Position numbers and translations under genes: made by a program
Shown: piece after piece, positions 10,482 to 20,294 of the stretch
Position numbering within the stretch: position 1 is the first letter of the stretch
Layout: every line of letters starts with the position of its first letter
NCBI GenBank assembly: GCA_965198005.1
Contig: CBDAOI010000003.1
Span: forward strand, 896,001-960,000
Length of the DNA: 64,000 nt
Source of the DNA: Spirochaetia bacterium
GTDB taxonomy: Bacteria; Spirochaetota; Spirochaetia; SZUA-6; Bin103
Reading direction: 5' to 3'
Notes under the pieces: generated by a model
What the model was told of the DNA's origin: nothing
The model's database searches: none
The model's input: only the letters and a program-made list of their open reading frames with translations

Positions 10482-11510
10482 TTAGAGGCCGCACAGCCGC
10501 CTCAGACTCTCCTCATTCTTCCAGGCGGGTGTTTCGTCCGCCAGCCCGGGATCTGCTTGCTCCATGGCTTTGCGCAGCATCGCGACGTCCGCGGAGGCAT
10601 AGATCTCAGTGGTAGTCACGCTTGCATGTCCCAGGAATTCCGCAATGTAGGGAAGCGGCATTCCGGACTGATAGAGGTGCATCGCTCGGCTATGTCGAAA
10701 CAGATGGGGGTGCACTCTCGGCGGCACCTCAGCGCATGCCGTGCGCGCGCTTTCGCCGTATTTTTTGACCAAAACGCTGATCGCATCGGTGGATAGCATG
10801 TGCGGCCTTCCTGCGCGAACGGAATAGAACAGCGGCACTTCGTGACGGTCGACGGAACCAGCATGGAATTGCCGTACATACTCCTTCAGATGGGCAACGG
10901 TCTTGTCCATGAGCGGAACACTTCTGGTTTTGTTGCCTTTGCCGGTCACCAGTACGAATGGGTTTCCTGCATCCAGATGGAAGTCGGTGACGCGCAAGTC
11001 GACCAGCTCTTGAACCCTGGCTCCTGTGTCGTATAGCAGAATCATGATCATCCTGTTCCGTCTCCCCTTTACGGTTGTCTTATCAGGTTGAGCGAGCACC
11101 GTCCTCAGGGCCGTCTGCGACAGGTAACCGACCGGCGTCCGGGCCATCTTCAGTAATGGAATCTTTTTCACCTCCTGGAACACACTATAGAGGCTGACGT
11201 CTTCATCCGCACAGTATCTGAGGAATGCCTTGAGAGCGGATAGTCTGAGATTGCAGGTTGCGACTCCGCACGGCCTCTGGCGCAGCCACTGAATGTACTT
11301 GATCACCGAGTCTCGCGTGAAGTGATCCCATGATACATTCGCGAACTTGATCCGATGTTGTGCTTCGAGGAAGTCGCAGTACATGCCTATCGATCGTCTG
11401 TAGGAGTCAACGGTGTGCGCACTGCAACAGCGTATTTTCGGCAACTGGACCGTGAGGTAATCGCGTACACACTTCCAGAATTGTTGTCCCGGTGTGCTAT
11501 TCCTGATCAT
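10482..11510 (-). CDS. RitC-like tyrosine recombinase
   Basis: YDTGAR, GKGNK, HLFRH, LGH, TEIY. Confidence 0.92.
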   Translation of the reverse strand: MIRNSTPGQQFWKCVRDYLTVQLPKIRCCSAHTVDSYRRSIGMYCDFLEAQHRIKFANVSWDHFTRDSVIKYIQWLRQRPCGVATCNLRLSALKAFLRYCADEDVSLYSVFQEVKKIPLLKMARTPVGYLSQTALRTVLAQPDKTTVKGRRNRMIMILLYDTGARVQELVDLRVTDFHLDAGNPFVLVTGKGNKTRSVPLMDKTVAHLKEYVRQFHAGSVDRHEVPLFYSVRAGRPHMLSTDAISVLVKKYGESARTACAEVPPRVHPHLFRHSRAMHLYQSGMPLPYIAEFLGHASVTTTEIYASADVAMLRKAMEQADPGLADETPAWKNEESLRRLCGL

Positions 11511-12465
11511 GGTCCACCTCCGGAAGAACGGCCTCGGTTGCGCTCACCTTTGTTGCGAATGTAGCGAAGAACTCGGGAACCAGGTGAAGGTAGTAATCGG
11601 TACTCGTCAGGCTGGCGTGTCCCATGTACCTGCTGAGATAGGGGAGCATGGCGTTGACCTCAACACCGGTCGCGATCCACCTGTTCAGATTGCTCAGCGC
11701 AAAATGATGCCTGAAGTCGTACGCGCGCGGTCGGTTGCCGCATCCGGGTCCCAGGCCCGCCGCCTTCCAGATGCTGTTGAATACCGCTGCTACTCTGCTG
11801 CGGCTGTAGCAATCCGATCTCGTTGTCGGGAAAAAGTAGATTCTCCCGGGATATACCTCGGACACCCGTGCGGCATATCTACAGAGCAGACCCAGAACGT
11901 CGTCCGGCACCGGAAGTCTGCGACTTCTGCAACCCTTCGACCACATGATGTCGATATATCCGGTTTGCAGATCAACCTGCTCGACGCGCAGCGTTCTTGC
12001 CTCACCGGTCCTCAGGCCACAGCAATACAGGAGGCGGAAGAATACTGGGAGGACCAGATGTCGCGCCTGCGCCGCCCCCCGGGGCTGAAGCTTGTCGCAG
12101 GCAACGAAAAATGCCGTAATCTCTTGGTGAGTGAAGAAATGAGGCACGTACCTAGCGGCGGCACGGATGCCAGCAGCCGGAAGCACGAAGGCATCTGCAA
12201 CGCCGATCGACTGCATATACTTGCCAAGTTCGCGGAGCGGCGATAGCCGGGTACGATGCGCTGCCGGATTCTCCCCGTCCTTGGCTTTCGCCCAGCCGCG
12301 AACCAACTCTCTGCTGAGGGATTGGTAGGCGGGATGAAGCGCTGCGTATCTGTCGAAGTCGTGGAGTTTGAACTCAGCGCTCTCGTAGGAGTAGCCGACG
12401 GCGCGCTTGGTCGCGACCAGTCCCGAGATAAAGGGTGCAAACAGGCTTGAGTATGCGCTACTCAT
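11497..12465 (-). CDS. RitB-like tyrosine recombinase
   Basis: Start MSSAYSS overlaps the upstream stop (ATGA); YCCGLR, YDFRH, YMGH, TDYY. Confidence 0.9.
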   Translation of the reverse strand: MSSAYSSLFAPFISGLVATKRAVGYSYESAEFKLHDFDRYAALHPAYQSLSRELVRGWAKAKDGENPAAHRTRLSPLRELGKYMQSIGVADAFVLPAAGIRAAARYVPHFFTHQEITAFFVACDKLQPRGAAQARHLVLPVFFRLLYCCGLRTGEARTLRVEQVDLQTGYIDIMWSKGCRSRRLPVPDDVLGLLCRYAARVSEVYPGRIYFFPTTRSDCYSRSRVAAVFNSIWKAAGLGPGCGNRPRAYDFRHHFALSNLNRWIATGVEVNAMLPYLSRYMGHASLTSTDYYLHLVPEFFATFATKVSATEAVLPEVDHDQE

Positions 12466-13697
12466 GACAGGCCTGCGCAGTCCACGGGAATCTGGGCGAG
12501 GTCCAACACACACTCTCTCATGCGCTCTTGGTCGGTCGCCAAGTAGACGTCGGTCGACTCTTTGTGGGCGTGTCCAAGCATGGTCGAAATGGTAGTAACT
12601 GGGACCCCCTTGGAGAGCATCCTGGAGGCCGCAGAGTGACGCAGGACATGGAGTCCCTTGCGTTCGCTACCAACCCTTATCCCGGCTTGGAGGAAGGCGC
12701 TCCGAAGCACCGCATAACAGGTCGCATGGCCTGACAGAACGGTGAACGGGGCTAGACAACGAAGGAATACATACGGCGTGTCGGCTGATGGACGCTCATC
12801 AAGCAGATAGGCGGACAGTGCATTGCCAACATCCGCGGTCAGCGGGATCTTGAAGGCGATTCCGGTCTTTGACTGGGCGATTGCGATGGTGTCATTGACC
12901 CAGTCGATATCTGTGAGTTTGATCCTCAGGATGTCTACGGAGCGCAATCCGGTTCGCAAGGCCAACAGGATGATGGCCTTATCCCGAAGCCGGAGTTGCC
13001 CGTTCTGCAGCACCTTTTTCAGTGCATCATTTTCGTGGTCCAAAAGGATCGGTATGATTGGCCTGTTTCTGACACAGCGTGAAGGGACTGCCAATAGCAG
13101 CCGTTCTTCGGTTTCTGAGAATCTGAGAAACAAGCGGATGTTCGAGGCAACGGTACGAATACTGGTGGGCCGGTATGTGGCGAGCAGATGCTGGAAGAAA
13201 GCAGGTACCATAGCGGCGCTGGCGAGCGTCAGCGAAGTGCAGTCGTGGTCCTCCAGGAACAACAGGAATTGGCGGACTGCGTTGGCGCAAGACTGTATCG
13301 TATTCGCGCTCTTGTTCGTGGCTCCAAGCTCGTCCATGAAGCTCTCATGCAGGAGCAGCAATTCTTTCGACTTGGGCATCGGCTGGCGGTCGAATGTGTA
13401 CGTGGTCCATCTGATTGATCCGTTGGCGACGTATTCTTGCAGTATCAACGATGCTCGTCTGAGATGGTTTCGTCTGCCACGTCCGATTGCGCCCGCCTCG
13501 TGCTGTTCCTCTAGGTCATGCAGGAAACCTTGGATCAGACTGTCGCAGAAAAGTTCGACGTTGCGTGCGGCTGCGTACTGCTTGAGCCGCCTATATGTTT
13601 GTCGATAGTGGTTGATCGTTGCCGGGTCAAGGCCGAACTTTCCGATCTCCTGAAGAACGCTCTCGACAAGATCGTCCAAGCACAGGTTGGTGTGCAT
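12462..13697 (-). CDS. RitA-like tyrosine recombinase
   Basis: TGLR, QSKT, HVLRH, LGH, TDVY; GGAGG RBS upstream. Confidence 0.92.
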   Translation of the reverse strand: MHTNLCLDDLVESVLQEIGKFGLDPATINHYRQTYRRLKQYAAARNVELFCDSLIQGFLHDLEEQHEAGAIGRGRRNHLRRASLILQEYVANGSIRWTTYTFDRQPMPKSKELLLLHESFMDELGATNKSANTIQSCANAVRQFLLFLEDHDCTSLTLASAAMVPAFFQHLLATYRPTSIRTVASNIRLFLRFSETEERLLLAVPSRCVRNRPIIPILLDHENDALKKVLQNGQLRLRDKAIILLALRTGLRSVDILRIKLTDIDWVNDTIAIAQSKTGIAFKIPLTADVGNALSAYLLDERPSADTPYVFLRCLAPFTVLSGHATCYAVLRSAFLQAGIRVGSERKGLHVLRHSAASRMLSKGVPVTTISTMLGHAHKESTDVYLATDQERMRECVLDLAQIPVDCAGLS

Positions 13698-13770
13698 TGA
13701 AGCACCTCCTTGAATGATGTCCAGATCAGGGTCTGGCTCTGCTCATCCTGGACCGTGCCCTTGCAAGCGG

Positions 13771-13889
13771 CAATGTTATGCCGAAGTTTGCAACGCTAAC
13801 TGTTTGTGTGGAAACAAGTTACCGTCAAACTTCGGCATTTCATTTTCTTCGGGATAATCGACGAAATGCCGAATTCGGCATTTCGTCGA
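13771..13889. repeat. RIT terminal inverted repeat (right) plus overlapping perfect 32-bp palindrome
   Basis: IR at 13771-13863; TCGACGAAATGCCGAATTCGGCATTTCGTCGA at 13858-13889. Confidence 0.95.
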
Positions 13890-14592
13890 CAACGGAAAAG
13901 TTTACATCTCGCGCCACATGATGGCCATCCTGGTCGAGTTACAGGTCAAACGAGTGCGCCACCCGCCCTATCAAAGCTATTGCAAGGGGAAAGTCGAGGC
14001 CGCCAACAAGATCATCAAGAACCAGTTCCAACGCGAGGCCCAAGTCGCCGGGATGCGTACTCTCGATGAACTGAACTCCGCCTTCTGGGCCTGGATGGAT
14101 CTGGAATACAACGTCCGCGTCCACTCAGCCACCGGCCAGAGTCCCGATGCACGTTTCCGCGACGGGCTGCCCGCCGACCACCGCCGGATCACCGATCTGG
14201 AGACCTTCAACGCCCTGTTCCTGTGGCGCGAACGGCGCACCGTCACCAAGTATGGCAGGATCAAGCTGCACGGCAACCAATACCCCGTCACCAGCGTCCC
14301 CCATGGCAGCGTCGTCGAGGTCCGCTTCGACCCCTACGACCTCGCCCAGCTGGCCATCTACGACCCCGGCGGCGGCCTGCTGGAGACCACCAGCGCTTCC
14401 AAACAGGTCACCACACAGGTGCCGGCGGTCCCCGAGGAGTCCCGCGCCAAGCCGCCTGAGGTGTCGGCCGCCGCCCGGGACTACTTCACCCGCCTGCGCG
14501 AGCAGCACCACGCCCGGCTCCGCGACCGTAACCAGACTTCGTTCAGCCAGTTCCGCACTACCCCCAAGGAGCACCACGATGCAGATGCATGA
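13890..14592 (+). pseudogene. DDE transposase, C-terminal part (Mu transposase C-terminal domain)
   Basis: Resumes (D)NGKVY; PYQSYCKGKVE, YN.RVHSATGQSP, VEVRFDPYDL. Confidence 0.88.
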
Positions 14593-15376
14593 TCACGTCC
14601 TCTCCTTCTTCGGCTTCTCCCGCCTGCCGTTCGGCAAGCACCTCCAGCCCGCCGACACGTTCCCCTCTGCCGCCCATCAGGAGGCGCTCTCCCGCCTCTC
14701 CTTCGGCGTCGCCGACGAGGATCTCCTGCTCCTCACCGGCCCCATCGGTTGCGGCAAGTCGGTCGCCCTCGCCGCCTTCGTCAGCGAACTCGACGGCAAC
14801 CGCTACCGCCCCCTCTACGTCCGCGGCGCCGGCCTCTCGGAAGCCCAGCTCTACAAGGCGATCCTCGATGAGTTGAAGATCGATCCGCCGTTCTTCGCCG
14901 GCCAGGCCAAGCAGCTGTTCTTCAAGACCATCCCCGAGCTGACCAAGAAACCACTAGTCATCCTCGACGATGCTCAGGACCTTGCGGCCACCGCCCTGAC
15001 GGCCATCAAGAACATGGTCAACTTCGCCTTCGACACCAAAAACTCCATCACCTTCGTCCTCGCCGGCCAACCCGAGCTGCGCGAGTTGCTCAGATATGTT
15101 TCCTTCGCTTCCTTGCGCCAGCGCATCCGTATCTCCTATCACATGCCGGCCATGGCTCTGGAGGAGACCTGTCGCTACATCGACCACCACACCGTCCGCT
15201 GTGGCCGCCCTGCCTCGATCTTCGCCGATGATGCCAAAGCTGACATTCACCGCCACGCCGGCGGCGTTCCGCGCCTGGTCAACGCCGTCTGCTATCGCTC
15301 CATCCTGCGTGCCGCCGTCAACGATATCCGCATCATCGACTCCACCAACATCGTTGCCGATGAACTCCACGACTAA
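14579..15376 (+). CDS. ExeA-like AAA+ ATPase (TnsC/IstB analogue)
   Basis: FFGFSRLPF, Walker A GPIGCGKS, Walker B VILDDAQ, LAGQPEL, GVPRLVN. Confidence 0.9.
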   Translation: MQMHDHVLSFFGFSRLPFGKHLQPADTFPSAAHQEALSRLSFGVADEDLLLLTGPIGCGKSVALAAFVSELDGNRYRPLYVRGAGLSEAQLYKAILDELKIDPPFFAGQAKQLFFKTIPELTKKPLVILDDAQDLAATALTAIKNMVNFAFDTKNSITFVLAGQPELRELLRYVSFASLRQRIRISYHMPAMALEETCRYIDHHTVRCGRPASIFADDAKADIHRHAGGVPRLVNAVCYRSILRAAVNDIRIIDSTNIVADELHD

Positions 15377-15490
15377 ACCGCGACAGCCGGCACCGCTGGC
15401 GTTCGCCGCTGGCGGACACCAGCATCACAGGCTGGCACGCGCTGGCAACCCTGCTTGGCACGGTTTGGAAACGGCGGCTGGCTGGAAACA

Positions 15491-15738
15491 CCCTCGGGGT
15501 ATCGATCACCGACGGCGCCAAGATGCTCGGTGTAACGCGGAAGGCCCTCTCGGAGCTCGTAAATGGCCGGGCTGGGTTGAGTCCTACGATGGCCCTTCGG
15601 ATCGCGAAGGCGACCAACACTTCGCCGGAAAGCTGGTTCAGGATGCAGGCGAATCTCGACCTCTGGGAGGCGCGGAAAAAAGAACCACACAACGTAACCA
15701 GATTCCCGAAACAGCCAGTAACAGCAGCACACTCGTAG
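15491..15738 (+). pseudogene. higA: HigA-family antitoxin, 5'-truncated by the transposon end
   Basis: LGVTRKALSELVNGR...MALRI...SWFRMQ HTH signature. Confidence 0.8.
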
Positions 15739-16851
15739 CGACGCCCTCGCCGGCGCGGCGACGCCTCGCGCCGGTCTAGCCCGACCGCTCCATCTTCTGC
15801 AGCGCCTTGCGGGCCCTCTCGTCGGCGCGGGCACCCACGCCACCGCCCACCGCCCACCGACCCGCCGCTGCCGCGCAGCGGCGGGTCGCGCAGGTCGCGC
15901 AGCGCGTCGCGAACTCGTCAGCCTAGAAGCACGTTACAGCGGCCCTCTTCCTCATCCCGCTGTCTTAAGTCAGTACCGGGAGATTCAGCCCGCTGTGATT
16001 GCCTGGGTCAAGCCGACGAACCACGCCGGTGTGAGCTCTTCGTTGACTACGCCATTCGGGATGCCGCCCAGGTGGTCACGCGCCGGAGCACGGGCGGCCG
16101 TCCCACCCTCCCACCAACGTGCGACGGATCGGCCCAAGATGTCTTCGCGCTCGATCATCCCGGCGCTTCCACCTTCAGCTTCGCCACCGCCGCACCCACC
16201 CGGCACCTCCCGCGGTATCACGCTGGAGGAACGGTGACCTCCACCCGTGGCTCCATCCTTGGCGCCACGGCTGGCTACTCCGGAGGCGCGCCCGGAACGC
16301 GCCCGACCAGGTCGACGAGCGCCGGGGTTCGGTATGGGCGTGACCTGGCCGGTCAGCTCGAAGCGGATGGTGCTGGCATCGTATGCACCGAGTAAGTGGC
16401 TCGATAGAGCTGGCTCCGAGAAGCGCGCCAGGTGTTGAGCCGGGCGACCGGCGACCGCACCGATCTCGACGCTGGTCTCTCGTACGTCTCTCATCGGCGC
16501 ACTCTCAATACTCGTCGTCACAGCGAAGGCGGGCACTAGGTACCTCATCACATGACTGACGCGTCGTCCGTTCGTGGGCTCCGTGACCGGACAGTGCGGG
16601 CCATCGGAGAGATGTGGCGTTCGCGGCCGAGCGACGCTAACTGAGAACGTCAGTCTGCGACTGGCGCTGGCGCTAAGGCCGTTTCCAATCAACCGAGACA
16701 CGGTCGGTCGCGAACAAGGGGCCTTGGTTCCTACCACTAAGTCCACGAAACCGACACGAAGAAACACGAAGGAATCCCAGGAGGGAACACCGTAGACGTA
16801 GGGTGGGCGTGTCTACCCCTCTTCGTTAGACTGCGAGGCCAACAGAATCCA

Positions 16852-18021
16852 ATGATTGACCGTGCCATTGAAGACCTGATGGCCCTGCTCCCAATCGAAG
16901 GCCCGCCGGCAGGTGAAGGTCGCGTTGCCGATCATCTGCGTGGCGCACTCATTGAGATCGGTGTTCCCGAGGCGGACATCCACGTCGACCAGGCGCAGGA
17001 GCAGAGCGAGTACGGAGGCGATACGGGCAATCTGATTGTCCGGATGGATGGGAATCGAGGCGGGCAGCGGCTGATGTTCAGCACGCATATGGATACGGTG
17101 CCTGATGCGGTTGGCTGCATTCCTCGTCTCGATCGGGAAAATAACCGCATTGTCAATGATGCCGAAGGCAGGGCGCTTGGAGGTGACAATCGGACCTCCT
17201 GCGCAGTGCTGCTTCACCTGGCCCGGGCTCTCGTCGAGAAGGGGGGCGACCATCAACCGATCACGCTGGTCTTCTTTATCCAAGAGGAAGTTGGGCTCGT
17301 CGGGGCCAGAGGGATGGATCTTTCGATGCTTGGCGATTCCCTGCCCGAGATGTGCTTCAATCTGGACGGCGGTCGGTCGGATGTGGGCGTGACGGCCGTG
17401 ATCGGCACCGAGCGCTTTACGATCGATGTAACTGGAATCGCGTCACATGCGGGGCGGCCGGGCGGCGGCGTGTCAGCGGCCATCATCGCGGCGCAGGCGC
17501 TCGCCGAGATCGAGCAGGGAGGATGGCAGAGCGTGATCGATCAGCCGGATGGGAAAGGGTCGGCGAACGTGGGTATCGTGCGAGGTGGCCAGGGAACGAA
17601 CGTGGTGATGCCTTCGATGCATATCCTGGCGGAGGCCCGATCACACGATCCAGCGTTTCGGAAGAAGATCATCGATACGTGGAAGGCGGCTTTCGTGAGG
17701 TCCGCTGAAAGCTTTCATAACGAACGGGGCGAGAACGGGACAGTCGCGTTCGGACCTGGCCCGACCTACGAGGCGTTCGCTCTCGACGATGATGCCCCCG
17801 TGGTTCAACGCTATCTGAGTGGAGTGAAGGCCTGCGGGATGGATCCGAAGACCGTAAGCAACGACGGCGGGATGGATGCGAACTGGATTGTCGCGCACGG
17901 GATTCCGACAGTGACATTCGGGGCGGGACAGCGAGATGTACATACGTCGGATGAGTGGATTGCCTTGGAGGACTTTGCGGCGGCATGTCGTCTTGTAACA
18001 CAGCTGGCGGAGGTTGTGTAA
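16852..18021 (+). CDS. M20/M25/M40 metallopeptidase (peptidase T-like)
   Basis: HMDTV, LGGDNR, QEEVGL, GGMDAN, VHTSDE. Confidence 0.88.
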   Translation: MIDRAIEDLMALLPIEGPPAGEGRVADHLRGALIEIGVPEADIHVDQAQEQSEYGGDTGNLIVRMDGNRGGQRLMFSTHMDTVPDAVGCIPRLDRENNRIVNDAEGRALGGDNRTSCAVLLHLARALVEKGGDHQPITLVFFIQEEVGLVGARGMDLSMLGDSLPEMCFNLDGGRSDVGVTAVIGTERFTIDVTGIASHAGRPGGGVSAAIIAAQALAEIEQGGWQSVIDQPDGKGSANVGIVRGGQGTNVVMPSMHILAEARSHDPAFRKKIIDTWKAAFVRSAESFHNERGENGTVAFGPGPTYEAFALDDDAPVVQRYLSGVKACGMDPKTVSNDGGMDANWIVAHGIPTVTFGAGQRDVHTSDEWIALEDFAAACRLVTQLAEVV

Positions 18022-18029
18022 AAACGAAG

Positions 18030-18300
18030 CCGAGTCGCTGCTTTCCGAACAGATCCCTCAAACGGATTAACTCGGACGTTTTGACGACCTGCTCCGCAAG
18101 GTGCGGCGGGATGAAGATGACACCGTCGTCCCGGCCGAGTACGACGTCCCCGGGCATGACCGTGGCCTGGCCGATGCGGACCGGACAGTTCATGCCAGCC
18201 GGCATGATCGTGGGCGACGCGAACGTCGGGTGGTAGCCGCGCACGAAGCTGACGAAGCCGGGGAGCTCCTTGATGCCGTCGATGTCGCGAACGGCCGCGT
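18030..18300 (-). pseudogene. RraA/HMG-aldolase family internal fragment
   Basis: AVRDIDGI...PVRIGQATVMPGDVVLGRDDGVIFIP; no native start or stop. Confidence 0.7.
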
Positions 18301-18353
18301 CCCAGAATCAGGCTGGGAATGAGGAACACCGCCAGATTCCCCAGCGGGTCTTC
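18300..18353 (-). repeat. 54-nt patch of a dppB permease gene
   Basis: 53/54 identical to 32062-32115, on the opposite strand. Confidence 0.9.
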
Positions 18354-18370
18354 TGTTTATAATACTCTAG

Positions 18371-19342
18371 CTATGTGTCTGTTAATGCCAGGCTGTAGTA
18401 CTCAGGTTTCGATCTTACTTCTTTAATGAAATCGGCCACTATCTTTTCGAAGTCCGCATACAATGGCTTCCACCTCCATTCCTCACGAGCCCGGCTGTCA
18501 TCGAAGTTATTGTGACTGCGGTAATAATCCATGACCCATGGGTCCGGCTTATAGGTAAATTGAGCTTCCGGAATGAACTTCTTTATAGCCAGTTCTACCT
18601 CCTTGGCCGATAGTGATGGGAAGACCCCTACAATGTTATAGCAGACGGTCTCTATTTGCTCCTTGGGTGCATCATACAGCATTTGTGTGGCCCGCATAGC
18701 ATCTTCATAGTACAGGACAGGAAGTTTGGTGTCTTCGCTGACAGGACATTCAGCCGGCCTGCCCAGGGCCGCATTTTGAATCATCCAGGCAATATATTGC
18801 AGTTTCTTACTGATCCTAACACTGGGACCAAAGATGTTGGGGTATCGTATGCAGCGAAAGTCAAGATCAAATGTCTTCCGATAGAATCTGCCAATAAGCT
18901 CACCATATAGCTTGGTTACACCGTACACGCTAGCAGGCCGTTGTAGTGTCTCATCGGTGATAGTTTCAGTAGGTATTCCCAGACTGTAGCTCATCATACT
19001 GCTGGTAAACACCACCCGCTTTACCCCGAAGAGTCGCGCCGCTTCCAGGACATTCATTATTCCGGCGACATTCCCTTCATAAACGGCCCAGGGCTGTAGG
19101 CGGGAGCTCGGTGCATTTCCAAGGTGAAATACGCCTTCTACGTTGTTTTCCTTGACAACATTCAACACTTCAGGCCAGACCTTTTGGTCTCCCTGGACAA
19201 CCTTTACATTATTCTTGATATCCGCCACGCGCTCTATTTGCGGAGCGATGTCAAACAATATGACGTCTTCGCCCCTCTCTACGAGTCTATGTGCCAGGCC
19301 AGTACCAACCCAACCTGTTCCGCCGGTAATAAGTATAGACAT
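18371..19342 (-). CDS. NAD-dependent epimerase/dehydratase (extended SDR, threonine dehydrogenase-like)
   Basis: ITGGTGWVG, YGVTK, RYPNIFGP; AT-richer than flanks; strong RBS. Confidence 0.88.
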   Translation of the reverse strand: MSILITGGTGWVGTGLAHRLVERGEDVILFDIAPQIERVADIKNNVKVVQGDQKVWPEVLNVVKENNVEGVFHLGNAPSSRLQPWAVYEGNVAGIMNVLEAARLFGVKRVVFTSSMMSYSLGIPTETITDETLQRPASVYGVTKLYGELIGRFYRKTFDLDFRCIRYPNIFGPSVRISKKLQYIAWMIQNAALGRPAECPVSEDTKLPVLYYEDAMRATQMLYDAPKEQIETVCYNIVGVFPSLSAKEVELAIKKFIPEAQFTYKPDPWVMDYYRSHNNFDDSRAREEWRWKPLYADFEKIVADFIKEVRSKPEYYSLALTDT

Positions 19343-19359
19343 CCTTCTCTCCTTCCTTT

Positions 19360-19510
19360 GAGGTTTGGCTTCTTGAGCTTAAAAACAACCGTCCAATCGT
19401 CGGTGGCCGTTACTGATTCGAATCTCGTTGCGAGTCTAACTGCTTGGGTAGGTCCGGCTTCACTGAACTTGCCCAGTCCCAATATACGAGTGATAGGAAG
19501 AGTAATCGAG
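19360..19510 (-). pseudogene. SBP family 5 internal fragment
   Basis: RILGLG...ESVTATDDWTVVFKLKKP matches the 29633-31417 protein (RILGLG...ESVTATDKWTVVFKLKEP). Confidence 0.8.
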
Positions 19511-19914
19511 GGCCGAACAAGCGTCAAGCACCCGCGAGGTGGAGCGGGGTCGCGACTGATCAGCACGAGGGCGAGCGGTGGCTGTGGCAGCGGTAACGAG
19601 GGCTGTCGCAGGCCGGTGCGGCGAGAATGCCGCGGATAAGGGGGCTGACTCGGGTTGGGTGAGACTCGATGAAGACGCCGCCGCGACCGGCGGGCAGCGG
19701 GCGCGGGCGTGCGCGATGAAGACTGCGGCGGGCGACCAAGGCTACCGCCAGCGCCTGGAACGGCGCGCAATACGCGAGCGCACAACTGGCGGGTGTCAAC
19801 GGCAGGGCCGCCGCTGCACAGTGCCGTGGTGCGTGTGAGCGGGTCAGCTCCGTGCATGTCGTCCCCTGCATACAGGATGTGATCGTCCTACACTCCTTCG
19901 CCGCCGCCGGGCGG

Positions 19915-20222
19915 CGGACGTCGGACACCACCGCCAGGAGTGGGATGGATGAGCAGTACGCCTCGGCCAGCGGCGAGAGCAGGTTGGTGGCGCCCGGCCC
20001 GACGGTGCCGTCGCACACCCCCACCCGCCCGGTGATGCGGGCGTAGGCGTCGGCCGCGTATCCGCCGCTGCGTTCGTCCCGCATCAACATGTGCGAGATG
20101 CGCCCCGGCAGTCTGCGCACTCCCTCGTAGAGCGGCAGGGTTTGCCCACCCGGCAATCCGAATACCTTGTCTATGCCGCTCTCCACGAGCAGTCGGGCCA
20201 ACCGTTCGCCAACTCGCATCAC
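19915..20222 (-). pseudogene. TPP-binding (acetolactate synthase-like) N-terminal fragment
   Basis: VFGLPGGQ, RDERSGGYAADAYAR, GPGATN; similarity ends after AVVSDV. Confidence 0.8.
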
Positions 20223-20294
20223 ACCTCCGACTCTGATGCCGGTAGCTTAGCAGCTGCGTCCGCGCTCGCCGAGCCTGCTGAGCTCAGGCGGCGG

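Larger units (their letters stand above)
10383..13889 (-). mobile_element. Intact RIT element
   Basis: Three complete tyrosine recombinases between 93-bp inverted repeats; CGTCGA duplicated at 10383 and 13884. Confidence 0.92.
8246..15490 (+). mobile_element. Mu/Tn7-like transposon with TGT...ACA ends: Cys/His ORF, helical ORF, DDE transposase, ExeA-like ATPase
   Basis: Left TGTTGCCCGCCAG vs reverse complement of right end TGTTTCCAGCCAG (11/13); sub-terminal CCGCCAG/CTGGC repeats; boundaries coincide with truncation of istA and higA. Confidence 0.8.

Noticed and set aside
15858-15888. GC hairpin CGACCCGCCGCTGC/GCAGCGGCGGGTCG (another hairpin near 24760-24795)
   Set aside because: Isolated hairpins without a U-tract or shared sequence; no function can be assigned.
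15985-16767. 260-aa minus-strand ORF; MIEREDILGR looks faintly like an AbiEii start
   Set aside because: Appears to be a mosaic of degenerate scraps; no sustained motif to support a call.
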